From Pseudomonadota bacterium (GTDB lineage: Bacteria; Pseudomonadota; Gammaproteobacteria; Burkholderiales; JBFMAC01): 64,000 nucleotides of DNA. Each line of letters opens with the position of its first letter. Position 1 is the stretch's first letter. Location: contig JBFMAC010000007.1 in NCBI GenBank assembly GCA_040756015.1, forward strand, positions 42,685 through 106,684, given 5' to 3'. Shown here piece by piece: positions 1 to 9,336 of this stretch. Under the pieces are notes generated by a model. That model had not been told where the DNA came from and did no database searches. It was given only the letters and a program-made list of their open reading frames with translations. Both the position numbers and the translations under genes were made by a program.

Positions 1-401
1 AGCAGGTAATCCCGGCCGCGATAGGTCGTCGCGGTGTCGCCGCGTTTGACGACGACGTCCCTGTCTTCGCTGCCGTCGATCTGCCCGGGCTTGAAGGTTT
101 CCAGGAAGGCGATGGTTTTCTTCACCCGTTCCATCAGCTCGGCAAAGGTTTTTTCCGTGTTCCCGAAGTCGGGCGCTTCCATTCCCGCCAGGCGTGCCAC
201 GCTGTTCTTGGCGTGGTCGGCGGCGATCTGCACCTGCTTGGAGAAGGGGTACATGTCCGGGTAGAGCCGGTAGTTGATCAACACTGTCGGGTCGATCTTT
301 TTCGACTCGCAATGGGCAGCGGCTTTCTCCAGGATGGCGGCGAGATTGGTCAGCATGCGGATATAGACCGGCACGGTAATCTGGTACATCGAGATAGGCA
401 T
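1..401 (-). CDS. DUF1993-family protein, partial (runs off the left edge)
   Basis: Not in the ORF track. Manual translation from ATG 401 (GGAG RBS upstream) gives MPISMYQITVPVYIRMLTNLAAILEKAAAHC...RLYPDMYPFSKQVQIAADHAK..., matching my recollection of DUF1993 proteins. Confidence 0.8.
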   Translation of the reverse strand, partial: MPISMYQITVPVYIRMLTNLAAILEKAAAHCESKKIDPTVLINYRLYPDMYPFSKQVQIAADHAKNSVARLAGMEAPDFGNTEKTFAELMERVKKTIAFLETFKPGQIDGSEDRDVVVKRGDTATTYRGRDYL

Positions 402-553
402 GGGCAGGCTCCGGAAAATGGGAAATGACAGGTACGGCTCCTATGAAATCATAGCCGACCTGGCTTCATTTCACAGAATTTCATGAGATCGTGCCGCTTT
501 CCTTGTTCAGAGGTGCCGGTAGCCGCTAAAATCCGCATCTTTACCGGGCAAGC

Positions 554-1567
554 ATGCGGATTTATCGAAACATACCCGAGCGCGCGGACAGGCCGGTGGC
601 GCTGACCATCGGCAATTTCGACGGCGTGCATCTCGGTCACCAGGCCATGCTGGCGCGGCTGGTGCAGGCGGCGCGCACGCGGGGTTTGCCGGCTTGTGTG
701 ATGACGTTCGAACCGCACCCGCGCGAGTTTTTCGCGCCGGATCAGGCGCCGACGCGCATTACCAGCCTGCGCGAAAAGCTGGAATTGCTGGCCGGCTGCG
801 GGGTCGATCGCGTGTATGTGTGCCGTTTCGATTATGCCTTCGCGCAGATCACGGCCGAAGCGTTCATCGACGACATCCTGCGGCGCGGATTGGATACGTG
901 CTATTTGCTGGTGGGTGATGATTTCCGCTTCGGCGCACGCCGTGCCGGCGACTTCGCCATGCTGCAAACGGTGCTGGGTAATAGGTCAGCGCAGAGAGGT
1001 GTGGGCGTGGCTGCGGCGAGCCCTCTCCCCAACCCCTCCCCCCAAGGGGGAGGGACATGCATGGTGGAAGCGATGGAGAGCATCGAAGTGAATGGCGTGC
1101 GCGTGTCCAGCACGGCGATCCGCGAGGCGCTGGTGGCGGGGAATCTGGATGGCGCCAGGATGTTGCTGGGCAGGCCGTACAGCATCAGCGGACGCGTGGT
1201 GGGCGGCGACAAGCTGGGCAAGCAGATCGGCTTCCCTACCGCCAACGTGCAGATGAAGCACAACCGCCCGCCGCTGTCTGGCATTTTCGTGGTCGAGGTG
1301 CACGGGCTGGGGGAGGTGCCGTTGCCGGGCGCGGCCAGCCTGGGTGTGCGTCCGACGGTGCATGAAAAGGGCAAGGCGGTGCTGGAAGTGCACCTGCTCG
1401 ATTTCGACCGCCGCATATACGGCAAGCACCTGCGTGTGGATTTCCTGAAGAAGCTGCGCGACGAAGAGAAATACCCGGATTTGCCCACGCTCACCGCGCA
1501 GATTATGCGCGACGTGGAAAACACCAGAAACTATTTTGTTAACCGCAAGGAACGCCAAGGACGCTAA
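554..1567 (+). CDS. ribF: Bifunctional riboflavin kinase/FAD synthetase
   Basis: IGNFDGVHLGH, TFEPHP, VSSTAIR and GFPTAN motifs; directly upstream of ileS-lspA. Confidence 0.97.
   Translation: MRIYRNIPERADRPVALTIGNFDGVHLGHQAMLARLVQAARTRGLPACVMTFEPHPREFFAPDQAPTRITSLREKLELLAGCGVDRVYVCRFDYAFAQITAEAFIDDILRRGLDTCYLLVGDDFRFGARRAGDFAMLQTVLGNRSAQRGVGVAAASPLPNPSPQGGGTCMVEAMESIEVNGVRVSSTAIREALVAGNLDGARMLLGRPYSISGRVVGGDKLGKQIGFPTANVQMKHNRPPLSGIFVVEVHGLGEVPLPGAASLGVRPTVHEKGKAVLEVHLLDFDRRIYGKHLRVDFLKKLRDEEKYPDLPTLTAQIMRDVENTRNYFVNRKERQGR
1021..1056. repeat. CCCTCTCCC-type hairpin repeat inside ribF (in frame)
   Basis: ccctctccccaacccctccccccaagggggaggg; 9-bp stem, 1034-1042 pairing with 1046-1054; related to the element at 2949-3008. 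Confidence 0.75.
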
Positions 1568-1620
1568 GGTGAAATGCAGGGTGAGTTTTACTTTGCGTCC
1601 CTCGCGTCCTTCGCGGTGAA
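1541..1620. repeat. Nonamer (aaggacgcN) inverted-repeat element, copy 1
   Basis: Left arm aaccgcaaggaacgccaaggacgctaag; right arm ctttgcgtccctcgcgtccttcgcggtgaa; overlaps the ribF stop. Confidence 0.75.
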
Positions 1621-1631
1621 AGATTGTTGAA

Positions 1632-4511
1632 ATGGCTGACTACAAAGATACGCTGAATTTACCTGACACGCCTTTCCCGATGCGTGGCGATCTTGCCAAG
1701 CGTGAGCCGGGCATGGTGCAGGCCTGGCAGGAGAAAAAGCTCTACCAGAAAATGCGCGCGGCGGCACAGGGCCGCCCCAAGTTTATCCTGCACGACGGCC
1801 CGCCCTACGCCAACGGCGACATCCACATCGGCCATGCGGTGAACAAAATCCTCAAGGACATCATCGTCAAGAGCAAGGCGCTCGCCGGTTTCGACGCGCC
1901 CTACGTGCCGGGTTGGGATTGCCACGGCCTGCCGATCGAGCACCAGGTGGAAAAGATCCACGGCAAGAATTTGCCGCCGGCGAAATTCCGCGAACTGTGC
2001 CGTGCCTACGCGGCCGAGCAGGTCGAACGTCAGAAGAAGGATTTCGTCCGTCTCGGCGTGCTCGGCGACTGGGAGCATCCCTATCTCACCATGAATTTCC
2101 AGACCGAGGCCGACATCATCCGCGCACTCGGCAAGATTCACCAGAACGGCTATCTCTACCGGGGCGCCAAGCCGGTGAACTGGTGCATCGACTGCGGCTC
2201 GGCGCTGGCGGAAGCGGAGGTGGAGTACGAGGACAAGACCTCGCCGGCGATCGACGTGGCGTTTGAGTTTAAGAATGTAGCAGGCAATGCTTACAATGCA
2301 TTGGATAAGTTTGATTTCGTCAGTACGCAGGCGAAAAACGAGGTTCTCGGAAAAAGTGTCAGTATTGTCATCTGGACAACAACCCCATGGACACTACCCG
2401 CTAATGAGGCAGTGGCTTTACATCCCGATTTGACCTATGCATTAGTCAAGTGTTCGCAGGGTGACAAGCAACAGTATTTGGTGCTCGCTGAGCCGATGGT
2501 GGTTTCCTCCATGGCTCGTTACGGGATTGTCTCATTCGAAGTGGTGGCAACGTGTCTTGGAAGTAAGTTGGAACTTTTGAAGGTTCAACATCCTTTCTAT
2601 GAGAATCGCAAAGTAGAGATTATTTTAGGGGGGCACGTTACTACCGAGGCTGGAACTGGAGCGGTACACACCGCGCCGGCGCACGGCCTCGACGATTACC
2701 TCGTCGGCCAGAAATACGGCCTGCCGGTGGACAACCCCGTGAATGGCGACGGCAAGTTCAAGGAAGGCACACCGCTGGTGGGCGGACTCAACGTGTGGAA
2801 GGCGAACGACGTGGTCATCGCCGAGCTGGAGAAAAACGGCCGCCTGCTCAACGCGGAAAAGATTAGGCACAGCTATCCGCATTGCTGGCGCCACAAGACG
2901 CCTATCATTTTTCGCGCCACGCCGCAGTGGTTCATCGGCATGGATCGTCCCTCTCCCGGCCTTCGGCCACCCTCTCCCGCAAGCGGGAGAGGGGCTGGGG
3001 GAGAGGGTTTGCGTGATCTGGCGATGAGCGCGGTGGATGCCACGCAATTTTTCCCGTCGTGGGGGCGCGCGCGTCTGGAGGCGATGATCAGGAACCGCCC
3101 CGACTGGTGCGTGTCGCGCCAGCGCAACTGGGGCGTGCCGATGCCGTTCTTCGTACATAAGGATAGCGGCGAACTGCATCCGCGCACGCCGGAGCTGCTG
3201 GAAAAAATCGCGCAGCGCGTCGAGCAGGCCGGCATCGAAGCCTGGTTCGCGCTCGACGCGCAGGAACTGCTCGGCGCCGAAGCCGGGCATTACCGCAAGA
3301 TGAGCGATACGCTCGACGTGTGGTTCGATTCCGGCACCACCCACGCTTCGGTGCTGGCGCGGCGCGAAGAATTGCAGAAGCCCGCCGACTTATATCTGGA
3401 AGGCTCTGACCAGCATCGCGGCTGGTTCCAATCTTCGCTGCTCACCGGTTGCGCCATGGACGGGCGCGCGCCTTACGATGCGCTGCTTACTCACGGTTTC
3501 GTGGTGGACGGCAGCGGCCATAAGATGAGCAAGTCCAAAGGTAACGTGATCGCGCCGCAGAAGGTGATGGACACCTTGGGCGCCGACATCCTGCGCCTGT
3601 GGGTGGCCGCCACCGACTATTCGGGCGAGCTGACCATTTCCGACGAAATTTTGAAGCGCGTGGTGGAGAGCTATCGCCGCATCCGCAACACGCTGCGCTT
3701 TTTGCTCGCCAACCTCGCTGATTTCGACGTGCACAAAGACGCGCTGCCGCTCGAGCAGTGGCTGGAAATCGACCGCTACGCACTGGCGCTGACGCGGCGT
3801 TTGCAGGAAGAAATCACCACCCAGCACTACCAGCGCTACGAGTTCCATCTCGCGGTGCAGGCGTTGCAGACTTTCTGCTCGGAAGAGCTGGGTGGCTTCT
3901 ACCTAGATATCCTCAAGGACCGCCTCTACACCGCAGGCAAGGATTCCGCCGCGCGCCGCTCCGCGCAGAGCGCGCTGTATCACATCGCGCACAGCGTGGT
4001 GCGGCTGATGGCGCCGATGTTGTCGTTCACCGCCGAAGAGGCGTGGCAGCACCTGACCGGTAGCGCCGGCTTTGCCGACGACAGCGTGTTTCTGCATACC
4101 TGGCACAAACTACCGGTGCAGGCGGATGAAAACGAATTGATTTCGCGCTGGGGAAAGCTGCGCAGCTTCCGCGCCGACGTGCTCAAGCAGCTGGAGGAGC
4201 AGCGTGCGCTTGGCAAGATCGGTTCATCTCTCGCTGCCGAAGTGGAGATTTATGCCAGCGGCGACAGCCATCGTCTGCTGCGTGCACTGGGTGACGATTT
4301 GCGCTTTGTTCTGATCGTGTCGCGTGCCGTGTTGCATGAAGTGGCGGTGCCCACCGAGGAAAAAGTCATGGTGCTGCCGAGCGCGCATGCCAAGTGCGAG
4401 CGCTGCTGGCATTACCGCGCCGATGTCGGCAGCGATGCGCAACACCCCGCGTTGTGCGGGCGCTGCGTCAGCAATTTGTACGGTGCCGGCGAGCCGCGCC
4501 GCCATGCGTAG
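1632..4511 (+). CDS. ileS: Isoleucyl-tRNA synthetase (type 1)
   Basis: [21 protein letters not shown] and KMSKS motifs plus the C-terminal CERCW/CGRC zinc motif. Confidence 0.99.
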   Translation: MADYKDTLNLPDTPFPMRGDLAKREPGMVQAWQEKKLYQKMRAAAQGRPKFILHDGPPYANGDIHIGHAVNKILKDIIVKSKALAGFDAPYVPGWDCHGLPIEHQVEKIHGKNLPPAKFRELCRAYAAEQVERQKKDFVRLGVLGDWEHPYLTMNFQTEADIIRALGKIHQNGYLYRGAKPVNWCIDCGSALAEAEVEYEDKTSPAIDVAFEFKNVAGNAYNALDKFDFVSTQAKNEVLGKSVSIVIWTTTPWTLPANEAVALHPDLTYALVKCSQGDKQQYLVLAEPMVVSSMARYGIVSFEVVATCLGSKLELLKVQHPFYENRKVEIILGGHVTTEAGTGAVHTAPAHGLDDYLVGQKYGLPVDNPVNGDGKFKEGTPLVGGLNVWKANDVVIAELEKNGRLLNAEKIRHSYPHCWRHKTPIIFRATPQWFIGMDRPSPGLRPPSPASGRGAGGEGLRDLAMSAVDATQFFPSWGRARLEAMIRNRPDWCVSRQRNWGVPMPFFVHKDSGELHPRTPELLEKIAQRVEQAGIEAWFALDAQELLGAEAGHYRKMSDTLDVWFDSGTTHASVLARREELQKPADLYLEGSDQHRGWFQSSLLTGCAMDGRAPYDALLTHGFVVDGSGHKMSKSKGNVIAPQKVMDTLGADILRLWVAATDYSGELTISDEILKRVVESYRRIRNTLRFLLANLADFDVHKDALPLEQWLEIDRYALALTRRLQEEITTQHYQRYEFHLAVQALQTFCSEELGGFYLDILKDRLYTAGKDSAARRSAQSALYHIAHSVVRLMAPMLSFTAEEAWQHLTGSAGFADDSVFLHTWHKLPVQADENELISRWGKLRSFRADVLKQLEEQRALGKIGSSLAAEVEIYASGDSHRLLRALGDDLRFVLIVSRAVLHEVAVPTEEKVMVLPSAHAKCERCWHYRADVGSDAQHPALCGRCVSNLYGAGEPRRHA
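2949..3008. repeat. Branched-hairpin repeat inserted in frame in ileS
   Basis: ccctctcccggccttcggccaccctctcccgcaagcgggagaggggctgggggagagggt; inner stem ccctctcccgc/gcgggagaggg and outer ccctctccc/gggagaggg pairing. Confidence 0.85.
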
Positions 4512-4974
4512 CTGGTGGGCGTGGCTGCTGGTGAGCGCAGTGGTGATCGTGCTCGACCAGACCACCAAGTACGCCATCACCCAGTCGTTCCACTTCGGCG
4601 AGTACCTGCCGGTCACCTCGTTCTTCAACCTGGTGCTGACCTACAACACCGGCGCGGCGTTCAGTCTGCTAGCCGACGCTGGCGGCTGGCAGCATATTTT
4701 CTTCGTTGCCGTCGCGGTGGTGGCCTCGGTGGTGATCGTTTATCTGTTGCGCAAGCACCGCGACGACCGGCTGTTCAGTTTTTCGTTGGCGCTGATCCTG
4801 GGCGGCGCGCTCGGCAACCTGATCGACCGCATTGCCATCGGCAAGGTGGTGGATTTCCTCGATTTCTACGTCGGCACCTATCATTGGCCGGCGTTCAACA
4901 TCGCCGATTCGGCGATCACCGTGGGCGCGCTGCTGCTGGTGTGGGACAGCTTCAAAAAACCGAAGTCTGCATAA
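4504..4974 (+). CDS. lspA: Lipoprotein signal peptidase II
   Basis: [27 protein letters not shown] and FNIADSAI motifs; ATG 4504 overlaps the ileS stop. Confidence 0.97.
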   Translation: MRSWWAWLLVSAVVIVLDQTTKYAITQSFHFGEYLPVTSFFNLVLTYNTGAAFSLLADAGGWQHIFFVAVAVVASVVIVYLLRKHRDDRLFSFSLALILGGALGNLIDRIAIGKVVDFLDFYVGTYHWPAFNIADSAITVGALLLVWDSFKKPKSA

Positions 4975-5002
4975 GACTGCCAGCATAAGGCTACGTTTCC
5001 CG

Positions 5003-5042
5003 CAGGCCGGAGGATATCGGCTAGCCGGTATCCTCCGGCCTG
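5003..5042. terminator. 40-bp near-perfect palindrome centred on the mscS-family stop, between convergent genes
   Basis: caggccggaggatatcggct|agccggtatcctccggcctg with one mismatch; no poly-U tail, so the terminator role is inferred. Confidence 0.45.
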
Positions 5043-5911
5043 GCCAGGCGGAACGCAGGCGCATGGCCCTGCTTGTCCTGACCTGCGTAAACTGTCAGGT
5101 GCGGATAGGGGATTTCGATGCCGTGCGCATCGAACGCTTCCTTCAGGCGCCGCAGAAATTCCCGGCGCACATTCCATTGTTCCAGCGCGACGGTCTTGAT
5201 GCGACAGCGCAGGATGATCGCCGAGTCCGCCCAGTTTTCCACGCCGGCGATCTCGATGTCATCGAGAATCTTGGCGCCGAATGCTTCCGATGCGCGCATT
5301 CGTCCGGCCACTTCGCGCATGACTTCGCAGACCTCGTCGATGTTTTCGCGGTAAGCGATGCTCACGTCGATCACCGCATGTGCATAACCGCGGGATTTGT
5401 TGGTGACCGTGGTGATCAGTCCGTTCGGGATGTAATGGACGCTTCCTTCGTAGTCACGCAGGCAGACGTAACGCAGCGTGATATCCTCCACCAAGCCGGT
5501 TTTGCCACACACTTCGATCACGTCGCCCTGACGGATCTGGTTTTCCAGCAACAGGAAAAAACCGTTGAAATAATCCCTGATCAGGCTTTGCGCGCCGAAA
5601 CCGACCGCGAGACCCACCACGCCGGCGGCGCCGAGGATGGGGGCGATGGAAATGCCCAGTTCGCTCAACACCAGCATGCCGGCTACCAGCGAGATCACCA
5701 CCGTGTCGATGTAACGGAACACGCGCGCCAGCGTTTCGATGCGGCGGGTTTCCTCGGCGGAGTCTGCCCGCGCGCTCATATAATCGTGAAACACACGGAT
5801 CAGCCTGCGGCTCAGGGTCATCAGCATCCAGGCCAGGATCAGGATGATGATGACGTGCAACATTTCTTTCGGGATCTGCGGGTAGTCGGATATGCCGGAG
5901 ATATCTTTCAT
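5021..5911 (-). CDS. Small-conductance mechanosensitive channel (MscS/YbiO-like)
   Basis: GAAGVVGLAVGFGAQSLIRD, QIRQGDVIEV, G.VEDITLR and IPNG motifs. Confidence 0.92.
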   Translation of the reverse strand: MKDISGISDYPQIPKEMLHVIIILILAWMLMTLSRRLIRVFHDYMSARADSAEETRRIETLARVFRYIDTVVISLVAGMLVLSELGISIAPILGAAGVVGLAVGFGAQSLIRDYFNGFFLLLENQIRQGDVIEVCGKTGLVEDITLRYVCLRDYEGSVHYIPNGLITTVTNKSRGYAHAVIDVSIAYRENIDEVCEVMREVAGRMRASEAFGAKILDDIEIAGVENWADSAIILRCRIKTVALEQWNVRREFLRRLKEAFDAHGIEIPYPHLTVYAGQDKQGHAPAFRLARPEDTG

Positions 5912-5940
5912 GGTGTCGGGGTCGCGTTCGGTAGCAGGTG

Positions 5941-6723
5941 TCAGGAGGCACCGGAGATGGCATCGTCGGGGAGCATTTGCAGTTCAGCGCGCATCAGTTG
6001 CATCAACAGTTCCTCGAAAGTGTAGAACCCCCTGTCGCAGGCGGCGAGGTGGCTCAATGCGAATGCTGCACCGGTGCCGAAGGCCTCGCGCCGGATCGAA
6101 TCGTGGATCAGGCGTACGGTCTGGTGCGGGAAGCCGAAAATAACCTCATGGTGGCCGACGATCCCGCCGAAGCGCAAGGAAGTGATCTGGTCCGCTTTCA
6201 CTTCCAGCATTTCCGCCATCTTGCGCGCCGTGCCCGATACCTCCGGCTTGTCCCGGAAGTGCTGCTCGACGATCTGCACATCCGCGAACGGCGCCGCCTT
6301 GCGCAGCAGCTTGGCCGCCACGATCAGGAAATTGATGCCGAGCGTGATGTTGGGGGAACACATCACGCGCGTCTCCCGGCCGAGCTCGCGCGCATAGGCG
6401 AGGTCGTCTTCCGAGTAAGCCGAGATCGCACTGAGCAGTATGATGCCACGGCGGCGCACTTCATCGCCATAGGCGCGCAGGCTTGCACGTGAAGAGAAAT
6501 CCACCAGCGCATCCACCGGCATTTCATCGAACAGCGTCGCAAACGGGTGCTGCTCCAGCGAGAGGATAGGCACCTCCGTTCCCGGATGAACCGGCCCTCC
6601 TTCGACTGGCGTGCGCCGCACGATCCAGCACAGTTCGAAGCGCGGGTCGCTTCCCAGTATGTTCGCCACGGCCTGGCCCGCCTTGCCGTAGCCGACCAGC
6701 CCGACGCGTAACCTGTTTTCCAT
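5941..6723 (-). CDS. DapB (dihydrodipicolinate reductase)-family paralogue
   Basis: GLVGYGKAG Rossmann motif, VDFS, SPNITLG, SGTA and GGIVGHHEVIFG; the active-site loop is atypical. Start could be 6735. Confidence 0.8.
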   Translation of the reverse strand: MENRLRVGLVGYGKAGQAVANILGSDPRFELCWIVRRTPVEGGPVHPGTEVPILSLEQHPFATLFDEMPVDALVDFSSRASLRAYGDEVRRRGIILLSAISAYSEDDLAYARELGRETRVMCSPNITLGINFLIVAAKLLRKAAPFADVQIVEQHFRDKPEVSGTARKMAEMLEVKADQITSLRFGGIVGHHEVIFGFPHQTVRLIHDSIRREAFGTGAAFALSHLAACDRGFYTFEELLMQLMRAELQMLPDDAISGAS

Positions 6724-6856
6724 GATGGGGTTCATCCCGTGTATGCCTCAAGGAGCGTCCGATTGTAACACCATCGAAAACCACGACGGCATCCGCGGGA
6801 CGGGCCTGATAAATGGCATGTATAATCGGGCGCCATGTCGAACATGGGGAAACAAA

Positions 6857-8101
6857 ATGTCCACGACGATCCTGGTCATCGGCTTGATGGTGTTCCTGGC
6901 GCATTTCCTGTCGCTGCAGTTCCGCGCGACCAATGTACCCGACGTGCTGGTGCTGATGATGATCGGCATCGTGATCGGTCCGTTGCTGGGTATCGCCACG
7001 CCGGAAGATTTCGGCAAGATTGGTTCGCTTATCGCCACCATCGCACTGGTGGTGATCCTGTTTGAGAGCGGCACTTCGCTTGATCTTGGCGTGCTGGGGA
7101 AATCGCTGGCCACGACCGGCGTGCTCACCTTGTGGTGCTTCGCGCTGACCGTTGCCATCGTCGCAGGCGTCGGCATGTTTGCGCTGGAGCTATCCTGGCT
7201 GCCTGCTACCATGCTGGGCGTGACGCTGGGCGGTACCTCATCTGCCGTGGTCATCCCGATGGTGAATGCCCTGCGGCTGTCCGGGAAGCCCGCCACCGTG
7301 CTGGTGCTGGAATCGGCGCTCACCGATGTGCTGTGCATCGTTGGCGTGTTTGCGCTGTTGCAGGTGGTTACCCAGGGTGAAGTTGCGGCGGGCAGGCTGG
7401 TGGGCAGCGTGGTGGCGGCGCTGATTTTCGCTGCCGTGCTCGGCGTGCTGGGCGGCATAGGCTGGCTGCTGGTACTCGGCAAGGTGCGGGATTTCCCCAA
7501 CACCATTTCCTCCACCCTGGCCTATGTATTCATCGTCTACGGCTTTACCGAACTGCTGGGTTTTTCCGGCGCGATCGCGGCGCTGGCGCTGGGTGTTTCT
7601 CTGACCAATTACGAGAAATTCGGTCTGCACCGCATGCAGCATCTGGATCGCAAGATCGAGCCGCTGAACGAAATGGACTTGACCTTCTACCGCGAAGCCG
7701 TTTTCCTGCTGAAAACCTATTTCTTCATCTATCTCGGCATCTCCATCCGCTTCGGCACGGTGCATCTCGCCCTGGCCGCGGTTGCCATGGTGCTGCTGGT
7801 GTTTTCGATGCGCACGTTGCTGGTCCGCATCGTGTTCCGTTCCCCGGAGTACGGTCTGCGCGATACCGCCATCACTTCGATGATGGCGCCGAAAGGGTTG
7901 GCTGCTGCGGTGCTCGCCGGTCTACCGCTGCAATACGGCGTGACGGAGGGCGAGGTCATCCGCGACGTAACCTATATGGCGGTGCTGGCCAGCATTGCCT
8001 TGTGCGCCCTGCTCGTGGCGCTGTATCCGCTGCCCGCCGTACAAAAGCTTTATTCGCACATGCTCGGCAAGACGCTGGCGCCGAACCCCGCGGAGCGCTG
8101 A
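6857..8101 (+). CDS. Cation:proton antiporter (CPA1/NhaP-like)
   Basis: Multi-TM protein with ILFESG, LESALTD and MAPKGLAAAVLA; start moved to MSTTILVIG. Confidence 0.85.
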   Translation: MSTTILVIGLMVFLAHFLSLQFRATNVPDVLVLMMIGIVIGPLLGIATPEDFGKIGSLIATIALVVILFESGTSLDLGVLGKSLATTGVLTLWCFALTVAIVAGVGMFALELSWLPATMLGVTLGGTSSAVVIPMVNALRLSGKPATVLVLESALTDVLCIVGVFALLQVVTQGEVAAGRLVGSVVAALIFAAVLGVLGGIGWLLVLGKVRDFPNTISSTLAYVFIVYGFTELLGFSGAIAALALGVSLTNYEKFGLHRMQHLDRKIEPLNEMDLTFYREAVFLLKTYFFIYLGISIRFGTVHLALAAVAMVLLVFSMRTLLVRIVFRSPEYGLRDTAITSMMAPKGLAAAVLAGLPLQYGVTEGEVIRDVTYMAVLASIALCALLVALYPLPAVQKLYSHMLGKTLAPNPAER

Positions 8102-8102
8102 C

Positions 8103-9305
8103 ATGCCGCTGCATCAATTCTTTCTCTTCCTCGCCATCATCCTGATCTCGGCACGCCTGTTGTCCGAGGTCGTCGCGCGTTTCGGCGTGCCGGCGGTGAT
8201 CGGCGAACTGCTGGCGGGACTGATCATCGGCCCGTCGCTGCTCGGCTGGGTTGCACCTGACGCCACCATGAAGTTGCTTGCCGAGATCGGCATCATCCTG
8301 CTGCTGTTCGAGGTGGGCATGGATACCAACCTGGGCCGCCTGGCGCGCTCCGGCATCAAGCCTTACGTCGTCGCCGTGGCCGGCTTCACGTTACCTTTCG
8401 TGCTGGGTTACGCGGTGAGTGCATGGCTGTTCGATTTGTCCGCACTGACTTCCCTGTTCATCGCCGGCACGCTTACCGCCACCAGTATCGGCATCACCGT
8501 GCGCGTGCTCGACGACCTCGGCAAGCGCCATTCCGACGAGGCGCAGATCGTGATCGGCGCGGCAGTGCTGGATGACATCCTCGGCGTGCTGGCGCTTGCC
8601 TTCCTGTATCAGTTCGCCGTGGAAAAGCAGGTCTCGGTGAAGGCACTGGGCGAGGTAAGCCTGTATATCGTGCTGTTCATGGTGCTGGCGCCCCTCGTTG
8701 CCAAGCTCGCCGCAGAGACCATCGACCGCCTCGACCGGCGCGCTGCCACACCGGGGTTGCTGCTGACCATGGCGCTGTCGCTGATCCTGCTGTTCTCCTG
8801 GCTGGCGCATGCGGTGGGGGCGCCGGAAATCATGGGCGGCTTCGCGGCGGGACTGGCGTTCAGCCAGCACTTTGGCTTCAGGCTGCCTATGGGAAAAGCT
8901 TCCGGCCTGGAGTTCAGCCCCAGCCCGCAATTGGCGCATCGCCTGGAAGAGCAGGTGCGCCCGCTGATCCATACTTTTTCTCCACTGTTCTTCGTGATGG
9001 TGGGCGTGTCGCTCGACCTCAACGCGGTGGACTGGGGATCGGCCCTGGTCTGGATGCTGGCGGGCGCGCTGCTGCTGGTCGCTTTCATCGGCAAATTCGC
9101 GGCAGGGTTTTTCATCCGCGAGCCGCGCCGGAATCAAGTAGCCATCGGCCTCGCCATGATTCCGCGCGGGGAAGTCGGGCTGATTTTCGCGCAGCTCGGC
9201 TACAGCCAGAGCATCCTCGACGGCGAGCTGTATGCGGCCTTGCTGCTCGTCATCGCGCTGACCACCCTGTCGCCGCCGTTCCTGCTGAAGTGGTTTTACG
9301 GATGA
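8103..9305 (+). CDS. Cation:proton antiporter (CPA2/NapA-like)
   Basis: GELLAGLIIGP, LLFEVG, ATSIGIT, AVLDDILG and MIPRGEVG motifs. Confidence 0.9.
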   Translation: MPLHQFFLFLAIILISARLLSEVVARFGVPAVIGELLAGLIIGPSLLGWVAPDATMKLLAEIGIILLLFEVGMDTNLGRLARSGIKPYVVAVAGFTLPFVLGYAVSAWLFDLSALTSLFIAGTLTATSIGITVRVLDDLGKRHSDEAQIVIGAAVLDDILGVLALAFLYQFAVEKQVSVKALGEVSLYIVLFMVLAPLVAKLAAETIDRLDRRAATPGLLLTMALSLILLFSWLAHAVGAPEIMGGFAAGLAFSQHFGFRLPMGKASGLEFSPSPQLAHRLEEQVRPLIHTFSPLFFVMVGVSLDLNAVDWGSALVWMLAGALLLVAFIGKFAAGFFIREPRRNQVAIGLAMIPRGEVGLIFAQLGYSQSILDGELYAALLLVIALTTLSPPFLLKWFYG

Positions 9306-9336
9306 AATCTTTGACGAAGGATCGGTTGCCCGAGAG

